A DNA stretch of 64,000 nt from Candidatus Cloacimonadota bacterium (GTDB taxonomy: Bacteria > Cloacimonadota > Cloacimonadia > G963667145), in the NCBI GenBank assembly GCA_963667255.1, contig OY762940.1:32001-96000 (forward strand), written 5' to 3'. A program made the position numbers and the translations under genes. Shown here piece by piece: positions 10,872-20,813 of this stretch (within the stretch, counting starts at the first letter, position 1; the number at the start of each line of letters is the position of its first letter). The notes under the pieces are model-generated. The model was given only the letters and a program-made list of their open reading frames with translations, was not told the DNA's origin and searched no databases.

Positions 10872-10994
10872 TCAGAATGTTCTAATCCAATCAATCATTT
10901 TTCTAATCCCTTCTTCTTTGGAGACTTTCTGTTGCCAACCTAAAAGCATTTTAACTTTAAAAATATCTGCAACAAATATTTTTTGGTCAGACTC
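10872..10994 (-). pseudogene. C-terminal remnant of a CDP-paratose/tyvelose 2-epimerase (RfbE/Tyv)-like SDR
   Basis: Own translation ESDQKIFVADIFKVKMLLGWQQKVSKEEGIRKMIDWIRTF*, cut exactly at the IS256 end. Confidence 0.65.
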
Positions 10995-11295
10995 AGTCAA
11001 GCCTCATTTGTGGTGCAAATTCTCTCATGTTTTAATTTTTATCTAAAAATTTTCAGCTAATTTAAGTTTTTTTTGCGAATTAGCCTTTTCCTCTTTTATC
11101 ACATCCATGTATTTTCTACCTTCTGTCCAATCTTCATTTAGCTGAACTAAAATTGCTCCTATCAAAAGATTACATCTTTCGCAATTGGGGAAAATTCTAA
11201 TGGATTTTTCTCGTCGTCTGATTTCTTCATTCAACCTTACTATAGGATTAGTGCTCTTAATTTTTGACCAGTGTTTTTTTGGTAAAACAACAAAA
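10995..11295 (-). mobile_element. Truncated IS256-family transposase (C-terminus and terminal sequence)
   Basis: PKKHWSKIKSTNPIVRLNEEIRRREKSIRIFPN...DWTEGRKYMD, a typical Mutator/IS256 C-terminus. The 5' part is replaced by the IS5 element. Confidence 0.85.
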
Positions 11296-12095
11296 GAGAC
11301 CTTTGCATTTTATAAAAAACTATCCTAATTCTCTTCACCAACTAATTTTTTTTGATTTCCCTAAAAATTTCTCTTCTTTTTTTCTCTCATTATTGCCCAA
11401 ATCAGCCAAATTTTTGTCATTAGATACAGAAATCCTATGTTAACTGCGGTTCACACAGTTTTATAGCTCGCTTCAAATTAAAGGCAATGTAACCAAGCTG
11501 TAAATGAAAGTGAGTTTTCTCCAAGCCGAAATATCGACTACGGTCAAAACCATACGACTTATGCAATGTGCCAAAAGTTCGCTCCACAATATATCGCGTT
11601 TTAGAAACGACCTTGTTATAACGCTTCTTGAGAGCACGAATTGACTTGTTATCATTCTTTTTGCATTTCAACATAATTGCACTCTTCAACTCTTTACTCT
11701 TCAAAATTTCTCGGTTCTTCTTACTACAATAACCTTTATCGGCATACACAGACCACTCTGGGGGCAACTTCATTTTTTCCATTAATTTTGGGAAAACGGT
11801 AATGTCATGTTGCGGAGCTCACAAGTATTGCATCCACTACGGCTCCAGTTTTTAAATTAATTCCCAACTTTGCAAATTAATAGTTTGCCTCTTTTAGCAA
11901 CTTTTTCACTTTAAAAAGAAAATGGTTCTCCACCTTTTTCAATTTTGTTTTCATCGCTAAGTCTCCAAATGATATTCTAGTGTGCATTTATTCCTCCCTG
12001 AGTACAACAAATTTATGCAAAGAAAACATAGCCTAACAGGTTGTAAACAAATAACTTAAACTTTATATTGGCAAAAATTTATGTGCAAAGGTTTC
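11296..12095 (-). mobile_element. Internally deleted IS5-family element (IS1106-like ends)
   Basis: Inverted ends GAGACCTTTGCA (11296) / TGCAAAGGTTTC (12084-12095). Fragments MHTRISFGDL..., GINLKTGAVVDA, and ORF 11435-11782 (YADKGY, RYIVERTFG, RYFGL). Confidence 0.85.
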
Positions 12096-12249
12096 CTTTT
12101 ATGTAAATCACATTTTTTACATGATTAGCTGCACTGCCTGTAAAATAATTATCCAAACTATAAACTTCATTATTTGTATCTTGAGCCAATCTCTCACAAA
12201 GATGGCTTCCCACAAACCCAACACCACTGGTAACAAGGATTTTTTTCAT
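12096..12249 (-). pseudogene. 5' fragment of a paralog of the 8502-9365 epimerase, truncated at the IS5 end
   Basis: [51 protein letters not shown], near-identical to the N-terminus of the intact epimerase. Confidence 0.85.
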
Positions 12250-12265
12250 AATTGCTCCATAAATC

Positions 12266-13108
12266 CTATTCTACTTCTATTGTCTCAGCCCAATTAGGAT
12301 CTATCCCTATATGAGAATTAACTTTTTCCTTCCAACCAGACCAATACTTAGGAAAATAAATTTTTTGTTTGTTTTTAATAAAGTAAGCTCCCCACCATGA
12401 AAAAGTACTGTTAGCCATAATACCATACTCACACAAAGTAATCAAAGCAAAATCAACTCCAATACTATTTCGAGAAACATATTTATTACTAATGCTTCCA
12501 AATTCTCTTTCAACATAATCTGGGTCATCGGACAGAAAAATAAAAAAAGGATTTACAACCATTCCCCCTATTTTGTCAATAGTCATCGTATAGTAACTTT
12601 TAGGCAATTCTAAACCACGAGAACTATAATCAATAATTGTCAAGAAATCTCCTCTTCTAATATGAATAAAAACTTTTGTATAATCATTATCTAAACTATT
12701 AATTATTTTTATAGCTTCTTCTATTAAATGATTTTTTAACCTAAAATCTATTTTGTCTTTATCGAAAAACTTTTCTGATTGAAAATAATTTGATTCCACT
12801 AAAACTATAGGGGAAAAGCCTTTTTTCTTATTATAAATAATGGTATTTTTGTTTTCAGTAATATAAGAAAAAAATCTAAATTTAACCAATAATTTTAAAA
12901 AATATGGTTTTATTATCTTCTTTATAATCAAATGTAACTTTTTATTAATAAAAAACAAAAAATACTTTTTCTCTGAAATATCAAAAATTCCATTTAGCTC
13001 TTTCATGCCAAAAATCAAAACAAATTCTTTTTTTTTTGCAATAGTTTTCAGAAATGCTAATTGAAACAATTGATTTCCCAATCTACCATCCGCTATAAAA
13101 ATAATCAT
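12266..13108 (-). CDS. Alpha-1,2-fucosyltransferase (GT11)
   Basis: [36 protein letters not shown]. Confidence 0.92.
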   Translation of the reverse strand: MIIFIADGRLGNQLFQLAFLKTIAKKKEFVLIFGMKELNGIFDISEKKYFLFFINKKLHLIIKKIIKPYFLKLLVKFRFFSYITENKNTIIYNKKKGFSPIVLVESNYFQSEKFFDKDKIDFRLKNHLIEEAIKIINSLDNDYTKVFIHIRRGDFLTIIDYSSRGLELPKSYYTMTIDKIGGMVVNPFFIFLSDDPDYVEREFGSISNKYVSRNSIGVDFALITLCEYGIMANSTFSWWGAYFIKNKQKIYFPKYWSGWKEKVNSHIGIDPNWAETIEVE

Positions 13109-13699
13109 TCTTCTATAAATTTTTTAGAAACTGCCACATAATTAGCATAATTAAAATTTTCCATTCTTGGATGATATTCCCTGATCTCCAAACCTTTTGA
13201 CATAATTTTTGCAATTTTGAATCCCTTAGATTCTAATATCTCATAAAAATCCATTAAATTAGAGTGAGAATCCAAATTTGCTCCCCCATATTCAAATTGA
13301 ATATAATCTATAAATTCACTATGCAAAAATTTTCCCAAACCTTCAAAAGCTTTCAACTCATGTCCCTCTATATCTATTTTGATAAAGTCTATATGTCCAA
13401 TGTTGTTCCTTTCAATATAGCTATCTAATCTTTTTAGTTTTATGCTCTCGCTTTGGTTTAGCTCTAAGTTATATGCATCTAAATTTCTTTGATAAAGAGA
13501 AGCAAATCCACTTTGCTCTCTATCATAAAATATAGTGCCCTCACCATCTTCATTTGAAACACCAAAATTATTTAAAAATATATTTATATCATCTTTGAAT
13601 TTTTGGAATATAGTTTCAAAACAACTTTTTGTCGGTTCAAAAAGGTGCAATTCTACATATATGTCCAGTCCTAAAATAGTGGACTCAGTTTTTTATTAA

Positions 13700-14545
13700 T
13701 TATGCAGCTTTCTGCATCTCCAAAAACACACTTTGTGGTGTTCTATAATCCAAACTCATATGATATCGTCTATTGTTATAAATATCAACAAAATTCTTCA
13801 ACTCTCTTCGCACTTCCTTCAAACTTGAAAAAACAGTATTAAAACCAAATTCGTTCTTCAAAGTATTAAAAACTCGCTCTGCACAAGCGTTATCATAACA
13901 TTTGCCCGCACCTGTCATGCTTATTCTAAAATTATTTTTCTTCAAAAAATCAGTATATAATTTGCTTGTATATTGCACTCCTTTGTCGCTATGATGTATG
14001 CAATCCTTAGGCAGATAATATTTTTTCAATGTTTTCCGCATAACCCTAACCGACTCTTCTGCCAAAAGAGTTTGAGCTACATTATAACCCAAAATTTTTC
14101 TGGTAGCCAAATCCGTAACCAAACTAATATAGCAGAACTTATTGTTAGGCAGTTTAATATAAGTAATATCTGTCACGATTACTTGCCCAAATTTTGTAAC
14201 AGATTTCTTAAATTCATCGGTTAACATATTCTCAAAGATTTGCTTAACTCCACTGGAATGTTGGACCTTTTTCCGAATAAATTTACTTTGTAAATCGTTT
14301 TCCCTCATAATATCAAACAGCTTATCTCTGCCCACAATAATGTCAAAATCTTCCTTTAAATGAATCTTGGTTTTTCTTGCCCCACACATAAGTCCAAATT
14401 TGCGTAATGCATTTATATGCAAGCAAATCTCATCTTCAATTTTCTTTGATTTTTCGATGTGCTTCTTCTTTTTATAAAAACCGGACTTGCTAACTCCAAA
14501 CCATTGACAAACAGAATTCATTTTGAAAGGGGACTTTTTCTCCAC
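13700..14545 (-). CDS. IS3 OrfB transposase (rve integrase domain)
   Basis: VTDITY, HHSDKGVQY, CYDNACAERVFNTLK, YNNRRYHMSL. Confidence 0.93.
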   Translation of the reverse strand: MEKKSPFKMNSVCQWFGVSKSGFYKKKKHIEKSKKIEDEICLHINALRKFGLMCGARKTKIHLKEDFDIIVGRDKLFDIMRENDLQSKFIRKKVQHSSGVKQIFENMLTDEFKKSVTKFGQVIVTDITYIKLPNNKFCYISLVTDLATRKILGYNVAQTLLAEESVRVMRKTLKKYYLPKDCIHHSDKGVQYTSKLYTDFLKKNNFRISMTGAGKCYDNACAERVFNTLKNEFGFNTVFSSLKEVRRELKNFVDIYNNRRYHMSLDYRTPQSVFLEMQKAA

Positions 14546-14931
14546 TATTTTCTGCCTGATTTCCTCAATTCCTGTACTTCGGGCTTTTTTTTTAATTCCA
14601 TACCAAAGTCCCGCTCACCAATTTCTACACACTTTTCAAGGCACAATTTATCGAGCGTTAACTTGCTCACAGCCTCTTTTAAAGCACGATTCTCTTTTTT
14701 TAATTCCTCAATCTCTTGCAAAGCAGAGTGCTGATCTGACAGTTTCACAAAAATTACCTCCTTACAGGGCGTGTCATAATTAGCTTTTTTCAACCATCGA
14801 TAAATAGTTGGAAATCCCACTCCATAATACTTACCCGCTTCCAAAACCGTCAATTTTTTGTTTTTGACATTCTTTAAAACCTCATTTCTGAAAGCTTTTG
14901 AATATCTAAAAGTTTTCTCTCTTTTGTCCAA
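14545..14931 (-). CDS. IS3 OrfA (HTH + leucine zipper)
   Basis: RYSKAFR, TIYRW, ELKKENRALK. An A9G slippery site lies near the 3' end. Confidence 0.9.
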   Translation of the reverse strand: MDKREKTFRYSKAFRNEVLKNVKNKKLTVLEAGKYYGVGFPTIYRWLKKANYDTPCKEVIFVKLSDQHSALQEIEELKKENRALKEAVSKLTLDKLCLEKCVEIGERDFGMELKKKPEVQELRKSGRK

Positions 14932-15314
14932 GTTTCCTCCTAATTGAGTCCACTTTTTTCAGGACGAGGTAATAAATTTAATACTTTTAATTCGTCTTTT
15001 ATTATTTGAGAATACTCACCAATGTTTGCACCAATATCAAAGACTATCTTCTTCTCCCCCCTCTATTTAAAAGTGAAGTTAGTAGCAAATCTATGAACAC
15101 TTTTTCACCATTTTTATCAAAATTCGAATTCCCATTGTTTTCTATAATATTGAATAGTTTATAAAAAAAACCTCTTATTTTTAATTTAAAAAAATTACTT
15201 TTTACGAACATTTTTAACTCCAATAAATTTATCTTTAAAAAATTAATTCCTCAATACTTACTTATTAACAATAAAGCATATAACTTAACGCCTTTTACTC
15301 ACAAACCATTTGTT

Positions 15315-15984
15315 TTATTTACTCTTCTTAAGAATACATTGAATTTGTGCCAATACATCAGGACGAAAAGTTTGATGAGATAAAAAATATTTATAAGATA
15401 AATCTTCCATTACTGGTATTTTCAAAAAACCCATTTTTTTTAATCTTCTATAAATAACACAAAAAAAAATAAAAACTTTCCCAATTAATTTAATATTACC
15501 ATGATTCAAAAGAGATCTGTCATAATTATTATCTTGAAGTTCTAAACTAATAATTTCAGAATTTGGTAATCTTTTTACTAAATCTAAAACATTAATAGAT
15601 ACTGGAGACCAACCCTTAGCTTTAGAAATAGTAAAAGTAGCTTTATTATCCGGATTAAATCTACTAGGGAACACACCTTGTTCATAAAGATCTTCATCGG
15701 GAACAATCAAAATTAAATAACCTCCAGGCTTAACAAGTTTCCACCATTCTACCAAAGCATTTTCAGGTTCTTTCATATGTTCAAGACAATGAGATGAATA
15801 AACAAAATCAAATTGTTCATGTACAAATTTAGTAATACAATTTGCATCTCCATCTTCAATATCAAATTTACGAACTTTAGAAGTGACTGGGTCCCCTCCA
15901 CATCCAATATCTATTTCATCCCCAGCTATAATAGAAAACTCTAATTTCCCCCCAAATTTTTTTAGTTTTTGATGTTTCGTTCAT
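15315..15984 (-). pseudogene. Class I SAM-dependent methyltransferase frameshifted near its start (A7/G6 tracts)
   Basis: ATG 15984 MNETSKTKKIWG goes out of frame at G6 (15948-15953). Losing 1 nt gives ...IDIGCGGDPV...FDFVYSSHCLEHMKEP, continuous with track ORF 15315-15776. Confidence 0.82.
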
Positions 15985-15999
15985 ACTTTCCCCATTAAT

Positions 16000-16713
16000 T
16001 CAACTTATTGTTTGCAACCAATAAAATTTTTGAATAAAAATCACGGCATTTAGCAACTTACCTAAAATGAGATAATCTTGATTTTTCAATATAGTATAAA
16101 TTTCAGACTGCAATACATCTTCCAAACATTTGCCATTAATTTCTATACAAATGACCTTTATATCAACTTTGTCAAAATCTATCGATTTTAAAACATCCAA
16201 ATCCATTCCTTCTACATCTACATCCAACAAATCTATTACTCTGTCTTTACAATATCTCTCAATAATTGTAGATAGAGAACAAGTTTCAATGGTAAAACTT
16301 TTAATTTTATCTTCTGTCGCTCCCGTCATCTTTTTGACCCAAGATTTATCAGTTGATTCTACTCCAGAGACCCCCCCCAAAGTGAATAGATTGATTTGTT
16401 TTTCTTTAGAAGATATAGCTATATTCAAATTAATATCTCTTGGTCTAAATTTTTTTAAAAGTTCAACTGATACAGGATTAGCATCAATATTTATCCCTTT
16501 AGAACCATTTTTATAGAAACAATAAGTATTTGAAAATTCTATCGGATGACATGCTCCAACATCTATGTAAAAAATTTTCTTTCCTAAAAAGATTTTTTGT
16601 AACAAAATATCCTCTCCCTCATGGGAATAGTATTTATTTCCGTATTCCCTAAAAAACCTTTTAATCATCGTTAAAATTTTTAATCTATTTTCTTTTTTTA
16701 CCATAAAATTCAT
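16000..16713 (-). CDS. FkbM-family methyltransferase
   Basis: YSHEGED, YIDVGACHP..SNT, DLLDVDVEGMD. Contains an in-frame G8 tract (16371-16378). Confidence 0.88.
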   Translation of the reverse strand: MNFMVKKENRLKILTMIKRFFREYGNKYYSHEGEDILLQKIFLGKKIFYIDVGACHPIEFSNTYCFYKNGSKGINIDANPVSVELLKKFRPRDINLNIAISSKEKQINLFTLGGVSGVESTDKSWVKKMTGATEDKIKSFTIETCSLSTIIERYCKDRVIDLLDVDVEGMDLDVLKSIDFDKVDIKVICIEINGKCLEDVLQSEIYTILKNQDYLILGKLLNAVIFIQKFYWLQTIS

Positions 16714-16721
16714 TTAAACCT

Positions 16722-17456
16722 TTATAATTTTTCCTTTTTAGAAATGTAAATTGCATTTGTAAACCAATTCCCTATCCCTAATTTATTAATAAATCTCCCA
16801 AAATGCTTATGCATAAATAGCCAAAATTTATTCTCACTTTTCATTTCAAAAAGTTTAAAGCCATTTTTTTCTAAAAAAGCATCTATTTCATAAAACAAGG
16901 GTTGCCCTATATATATTTCCCGAAATGTTACCTCGATATAAATTATTTTGACAGACTGTAAAGATTGAATTGAACCCTGCAACATTAACATTTCAGCACC
17001 TTGCAAATCTATCCACAATAAATTAGGAGCAGATTTATTTTCTACATACTTATCAATTGTTATAGTTTCAACCTCTATTTCATTTTGGACAAAAGTTTCA
17101 AGAGGATAATAAGGATTAGCTTTAAATAAAGACGAAGCTCCAATATTACCATCTTTATGAGGGGTTATAGACTCATTAGCATTTATTGGATAAAATTTAA
17201 CTTTCCCAACATTATCAGAAAGCGCCTTTTCATTCATAAAAATTTTTTTATCAATTTTTTCTTTTGAAATATTTTTCTTACACAATTCTATTGCAATGGG
17301 ATTAGGTTCAAAAATATGTAATTCTTGAGAACTTTTGATATTTTTTAATAATTCTAAACCATCCAAAGCATCTCTACTCCCACAATCATAAATAACTTCC
17401 ACCCCTACATCATTAGCTAATTCAATTAATTTTTTTTCATTTTTTGCTGTTACCAT
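16722..17456 (-). CDS. FkbM-family methyltransferase
   Basis: YDCGSRD, FEPNP, GASSL, WIDLQGAE, YIGQPLF. Confidence 0.85.
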   Translation of the reverse strand: MVTAKNEKKLIELANDVGVEVIYDCGSRDALDGLELLKNIKSSQELHIFEPNPIAIELCKKNISKEKIDKKIFMNEKALSDNVGKVKFYPINANESITPHKDGNIGASSLFKANPYYPLETFVQNEIEVETITIDKYVENKSAPNLLWIDLQGAEMLMLQGSIQSLQSVKIIYIEVTFREIYIGQPLFYEIDAFLEKNGFKLFEMKSENKFWLFMHKHFGRFINKLGIGNWFTNAIYISKKEKL

Positions 17457-17490
17457 TAATCTTCCTTTTTAAAATAATTTCCCCTGTAAT

Positions 17491-18372
17491 TTATTTTTTA
17501 ATTTTCTCAATAAACCAACTATGCAAGGAAACACTTTTATTTTTTTTCGAATATTTATTATATAAATAATTATAATCACAAGCTTTTTCATATTCAACTG
17601 TTCTATTAAAATTTATACATTTTTTTGAGCCATACCTATTATTAACCCAATTAGGATAAGTTTCATTTTCAGCACAACAAGATATCTCATTAGGATCAAG
17701 ATTTTCTAAAATAACTTCATACCATTTCTTATTAAATTTCTCTTCAATTTCTGTCTTCATCTCTTTTAAATATCTTTTATTAAATAAGGTCATATGTGAA
17801 ATAAAAGAGAAAAAATGTATCCTTTCTTTACCAAATAATTTCCTATAAAACTCATAATATGGGAAATGGCGTTCCATAGATTCATAAAAAATGGGTTTAC
17901 TATCTGTTAAAAAAATCATTTTTCTCAAAATTACTGTATCTGCATCAACAACTAAAAAATTTTCATTTTCTCCAATAGCTCCACTAAGTTTAAGTAACTG
18001 TTGAAAAATCCAGCCAGATCTATCCAATCCATTTGGGCAATAATCAAAATCTTCAGCGGTAAATCCTAAAACACTTCTTTCATCAATAAATTTACATGAC
18101 AACTTTTTACTTATATCTTCGATTGCCTTAGACCTTGGAGCAACAACATAAATTGTATCTATTTTATGCTGAACATTTTGCCTTATCCCCTCAACTGCTA
18201 ACGGGAAAATCTTCAAATCTTTTTCTAAAGTGGGAATTACTACATCTATTGTATTATTACCTACTTCAACTTCATAACATGAAATTTTAGTTATTTTTTT
18301 TTTTATTCTATAAACAATTCCTATAATTTTACATTCAATCATTCTTCTAATCTTTAAACAAAATTTATACAT
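17491..18372 (-). CDS. Putative glycosyltransferase (DUF6492-like GT-A)
   Basis: IDVVIP, GWIFQQLLKL, VVDADTV, FISHM, ENETY. Confidence 0.65.
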   Translation of the reverse strand: MYKFCLKIRRMIECKIIGIVYRIKKKITKISCYEVEVGNNTIDVVIPTLEKDLKIFPLAVEGIRQNVQHKIDTIYVVAPRSKAIEDISKKLSCKFIDERSVLGFTAEDFDYCPNGLDRSGWIFQQLLKLSGAIGENENFLVVDADTVILRKMIFLTDSKPIFYESMERHFPYYEFYRKLFGKERIHFFSFISHMTLFNKRYLKEMKTEIEEKFNKKWYEVILENLDPNEISCCAENETYPNWVNNRYGSKKCINFNRTVEYEKACDYNYLYNKYSKKNKSVSLHSWFIEKIKK

Positions 18373-19681
18373 GATAATATCCTTTAAATAAAATAGATTT
18401 TATAATAATCTTTAAATTTTTTCTCATGCCTTTATGAAAAAAATCATGTGTAAAGACAAAAGCAGATGATATAATAGTTGCAAATATTGCTCCTTTAGAC
18501 CCAAATTTGGGAATCATTAGGTAATTTAAAAGAATATTTACAAATGCACTTTCTACAAGAACTATGGTGGAATATTTGAAATAATTATTAATAGCTATAA
18601 AAGAACCTCTTGCCATGGCTAAACTTGTTAAAGGAACTCTCAAAACGGACAAAATAAGCAATATTTCGACTGGAGCATAAACAATTCCATATAATCCAAC
18701 AGTTAAATAATGAGCAAAAAATATTATAAAAAAAGCTATCAAAAATCCACTATAAAATTGCAATTGATACAATCTATATAACCTATCTAATCTCAACTTC
18801 CCCTCTACTATCAAAGCTGGGAAAAGTGATTGATTCAACAATATAGAGACAAAAGTAAACATCTCAACCAATCTTATCGCAACCGAATAATAGCCATTTT
18901 CAGTATTACCCAAAATATTTTTTATCATTACTTGATCTATTCTGACATGAATTATCGTAAGAATCCCACCAATTATCAAAGGGCAACTATCTTTTAAAAA
19001 AGAAAAAGCTAATTCCTTTTTAAATTTCCAATTAAAAATACTTTTATGTTTCTTACCATAAAAATAAATAAGCCCCGCAGCTAATACAATGCTATCAAAA
19101 ACTATAGCCCAAGCAAAATAAATAATTGGTAAATGCTTCCATAGTAATATTATTTTAACAATGTTAGAAAAAATTAGACAAATAGTGTTAATTATGACAA
19201 CATATTTACTTAGTGCTACACTTTGAAAATAATAATCAATTACATTAAAACTCTGAAATATCAAGGAAAATGTTAATATCAAAATTAAAATTTTAGCAAA
19301 ACTACCATCTTGTAAAAAATGAAGAAAAACGGTAAATATTATTGAAATCGATATTGAACTTATAAGTTTTAATATCAAACTTGTCCCTAAGATTTCATCC
19401 TTTTTTTTTTTGTCTTTTACCAATTCACGAACAACTATGCTATCCAGTCCAAGAGTTGCAACACAAGAAAAAAGAGCCACAAAACTTTGAGCATAATTTA
19501 GAAGACCAAATTGACTTGGTCCTAAGTATCTCGCAATCCAAATGGAAACAAAAAAGCTAACAAAAATTTTTACAAATTTTTCCGCAAAAAGCCAAGAAGT
19601 ATTGGCAAAATATCTTCTAAACCCTTGATGATTTGACCAATAAGTATATTTATCTTTTATGATTTGGGGGAAAAAATTCAT
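18365..19681 (-). CDS. wzx: Wzx flippase
   Basis: NTSWLFAEK, ARYLGPSQFG, RIDQVMI, GYYSVA; many TM helices. Confidence 0.9.
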   Translation of the reverse strand: MNFFPQIIKDKYTYWSNHQGFRRYFANTSWLFAEKFVKIFVSFFVSIWIARYLGPSQFGLLNYAQSFVALFSCVATLGLDSIVVRELVKDKKKKDEILGTSLILKLISSISISIIFTVFLHFLQDGSFAKILILILTFSLIFQSFNVIDYYFQSVALSKYVVIINTICLIFSNIVKIILLWKHLPIIYFAWAIVFDSIVLAAGLIYFYGKKHKSIFNWKFKKELAFSFLKDSCPLIIGGILTIIHVRIDQVMIKNILGNTENGYYSVAIRLVEMFTFVSILLNQSLFPALIVEGKLRLDRLYRLYQLQFYSGFLIAFFIIFFAHYLTVGLYGIVYAPVEILLILSVLRVPLTSLAMARGSFIAINNYFKYSTIVLVESAFVNILLNYLMIPKFGSKGAIFATIISSAFVFTHDFFHKGMRKNLKIIIKSILFKGYYHV

Positions 19682-19706
19682 TATGCTAATTTATACTCCC
19701 AAGTAA

Positions 19707-20783
19707 TTAAAAACTTACCCGACACTTATCGACTTTCTCAACATATTCCAAATCAAACTTCACCATTTTTTTTACAAGTTCTTCAAAACTTGTCTTTCTC
19801 GGATTCCATTTAAGTAAATCTATAGCCTTTTGCGGATTGCCGAGCAAAGTTTCCACCTCTGTTGGTCTGAAATATTTGGGGTCAACCTCTATCAAAACTT
19901 TCCCGCTTGCTTTATCTATACCCTTTTCGTTTACACCAGTTCCTTCCCAAGCCAATTCAATCCCCACTTCTTTGAAAGCCAAATCGCAGAAAGTCCGCAC
20001 CGAATATTGCTCTCCTGTGGCTATCACAAAATCGTCCGCCTGACTATGCTGCAACATCAACCACATACACTCTACATAATCGCCTGCATAACCCCAATCG
20101 CGTTTAGCATCCAAGTTCCCGAGATAAAGTTTCTTTTGCAAACCTTTGGAAATCCTTGATGCTGCCAAAGTGATTTTTCTGGTCACAAAAGTTTCCCCTC
20201 TTCGCTCAGATTCATGATTAAACAAAATCCCATTGCAAGCAAACATTCCATAGGCTTCCCGATAATTTTTAGTAATCCAAAATCCATATTGTTTCGCCAC
20301 AGCATAAGGGCTTCGAGGATAAAAAGGTGTCGTCTCAGACTGAGGAATTTCTTGCACTTTGCCATAGAGTTCACTCGTAGAAGCCTGATAAATCTTCGTT
20401 CTCTCCACCAAACCAAGCAAGCGAACAGCTTCCAAAATCCGAATAGTTCCAATTCCATCAGTATCTGCCGTATATTCGGGAACTTCAAACGAAACTTGCA
20501 CATGTGATTGAGCGGCAAGATTATAAATCTCGTCAGGTTCAACTTGCTTGATGACTCTAATCAAATTGGAAGAGTCCGTCATATCGCCATAAAAAAGAGT
20601 TATCTTCTTCTTCTTGTGCATATCTTCAATCAAATCGTCTATATAAAGATGCTCAATTCTGCCAGTATTAAAAAAAGAAGACCTCCGTATAATTCCGTAA
20701 ACCTCATAACCTTTTTCCAGCAAAAATTCAGCCAAATAAGAGCCATCTTGACCGTTAATTCCAGTAATCAATGCTTTTTTCAT
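19707..20783 (-). CDS. gmd: GDP-mannose 4,6-dehydratase
   Basis: [58 protein letters not shown]. Confidence 0.96.
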   Translation of the reverse strand: MKKALITGINGQDGSYLAEFLLEKGYEVYGIIRRSSFFNTGRIEHLYIDDLIEDMHKKKKITLFYGDMTDSSNLIRVIKQVEPDEIYNLAAQSHVQVSFEVPEYTADTDGIGTIRILEAVRLLGLVERTKIYQASTSELYGKVQEIPQSETTPFYPRSPYAVAKQYGFWITKNYREAYGMFACNGILFNHESERRGETFVTRKITLAASRISKGLQKKLYLGNLDAKRDWGYAGDYVECMWLMLQHSQADDFVIATGEQYSVRTFCDLAFKEVGIELAWEGTGVNEKGIDKASGKVLIEVDPKYFRPTEVETLLGNPQKAIDLLKWNPRKTSFEELVKKMVKFDLEYVEKVDKCRVSF

Positions 20784-20813
20784 TTAAAATTCCTTGTTCT
20801 TTCTTTTAAAAAT

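Larger units (their letters stand above)
13662..14971 (-). mobile_element. IS3-family insertion sequence, apparently intact, 3-bp TSD ATA
   Basis: Imperfect TIRs tgtccagtcctaaaatagtggactca / tgagtccacttttttcaggacgaggta. ATA on both flanks (13659-13661, 14972-14974). Confidence 0.92.
13105..15211 (-). pseudogene. FkbM-family methyltransferase split by IS3 and frameshifted at a G6 tract
   Basis: The N-terminus from ATG 15211 stops after the G6 tract (15056-15061). One more G gives KIVFDIGANIGEY. Removing the IS3 and one ATA rejoins ...LNLYVELHLFEP... to the 13105-13650 part (KIDIEGHE, QFEYG). Confidence 0.88.

Noticed and set aside
13028..19411. Coding-strand poly-A tracts (about 13028, 18294, 19401) as phase-variation sites
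   Set aside because: All are in frame as Lys runs and are expected in DNA this AT-rich.
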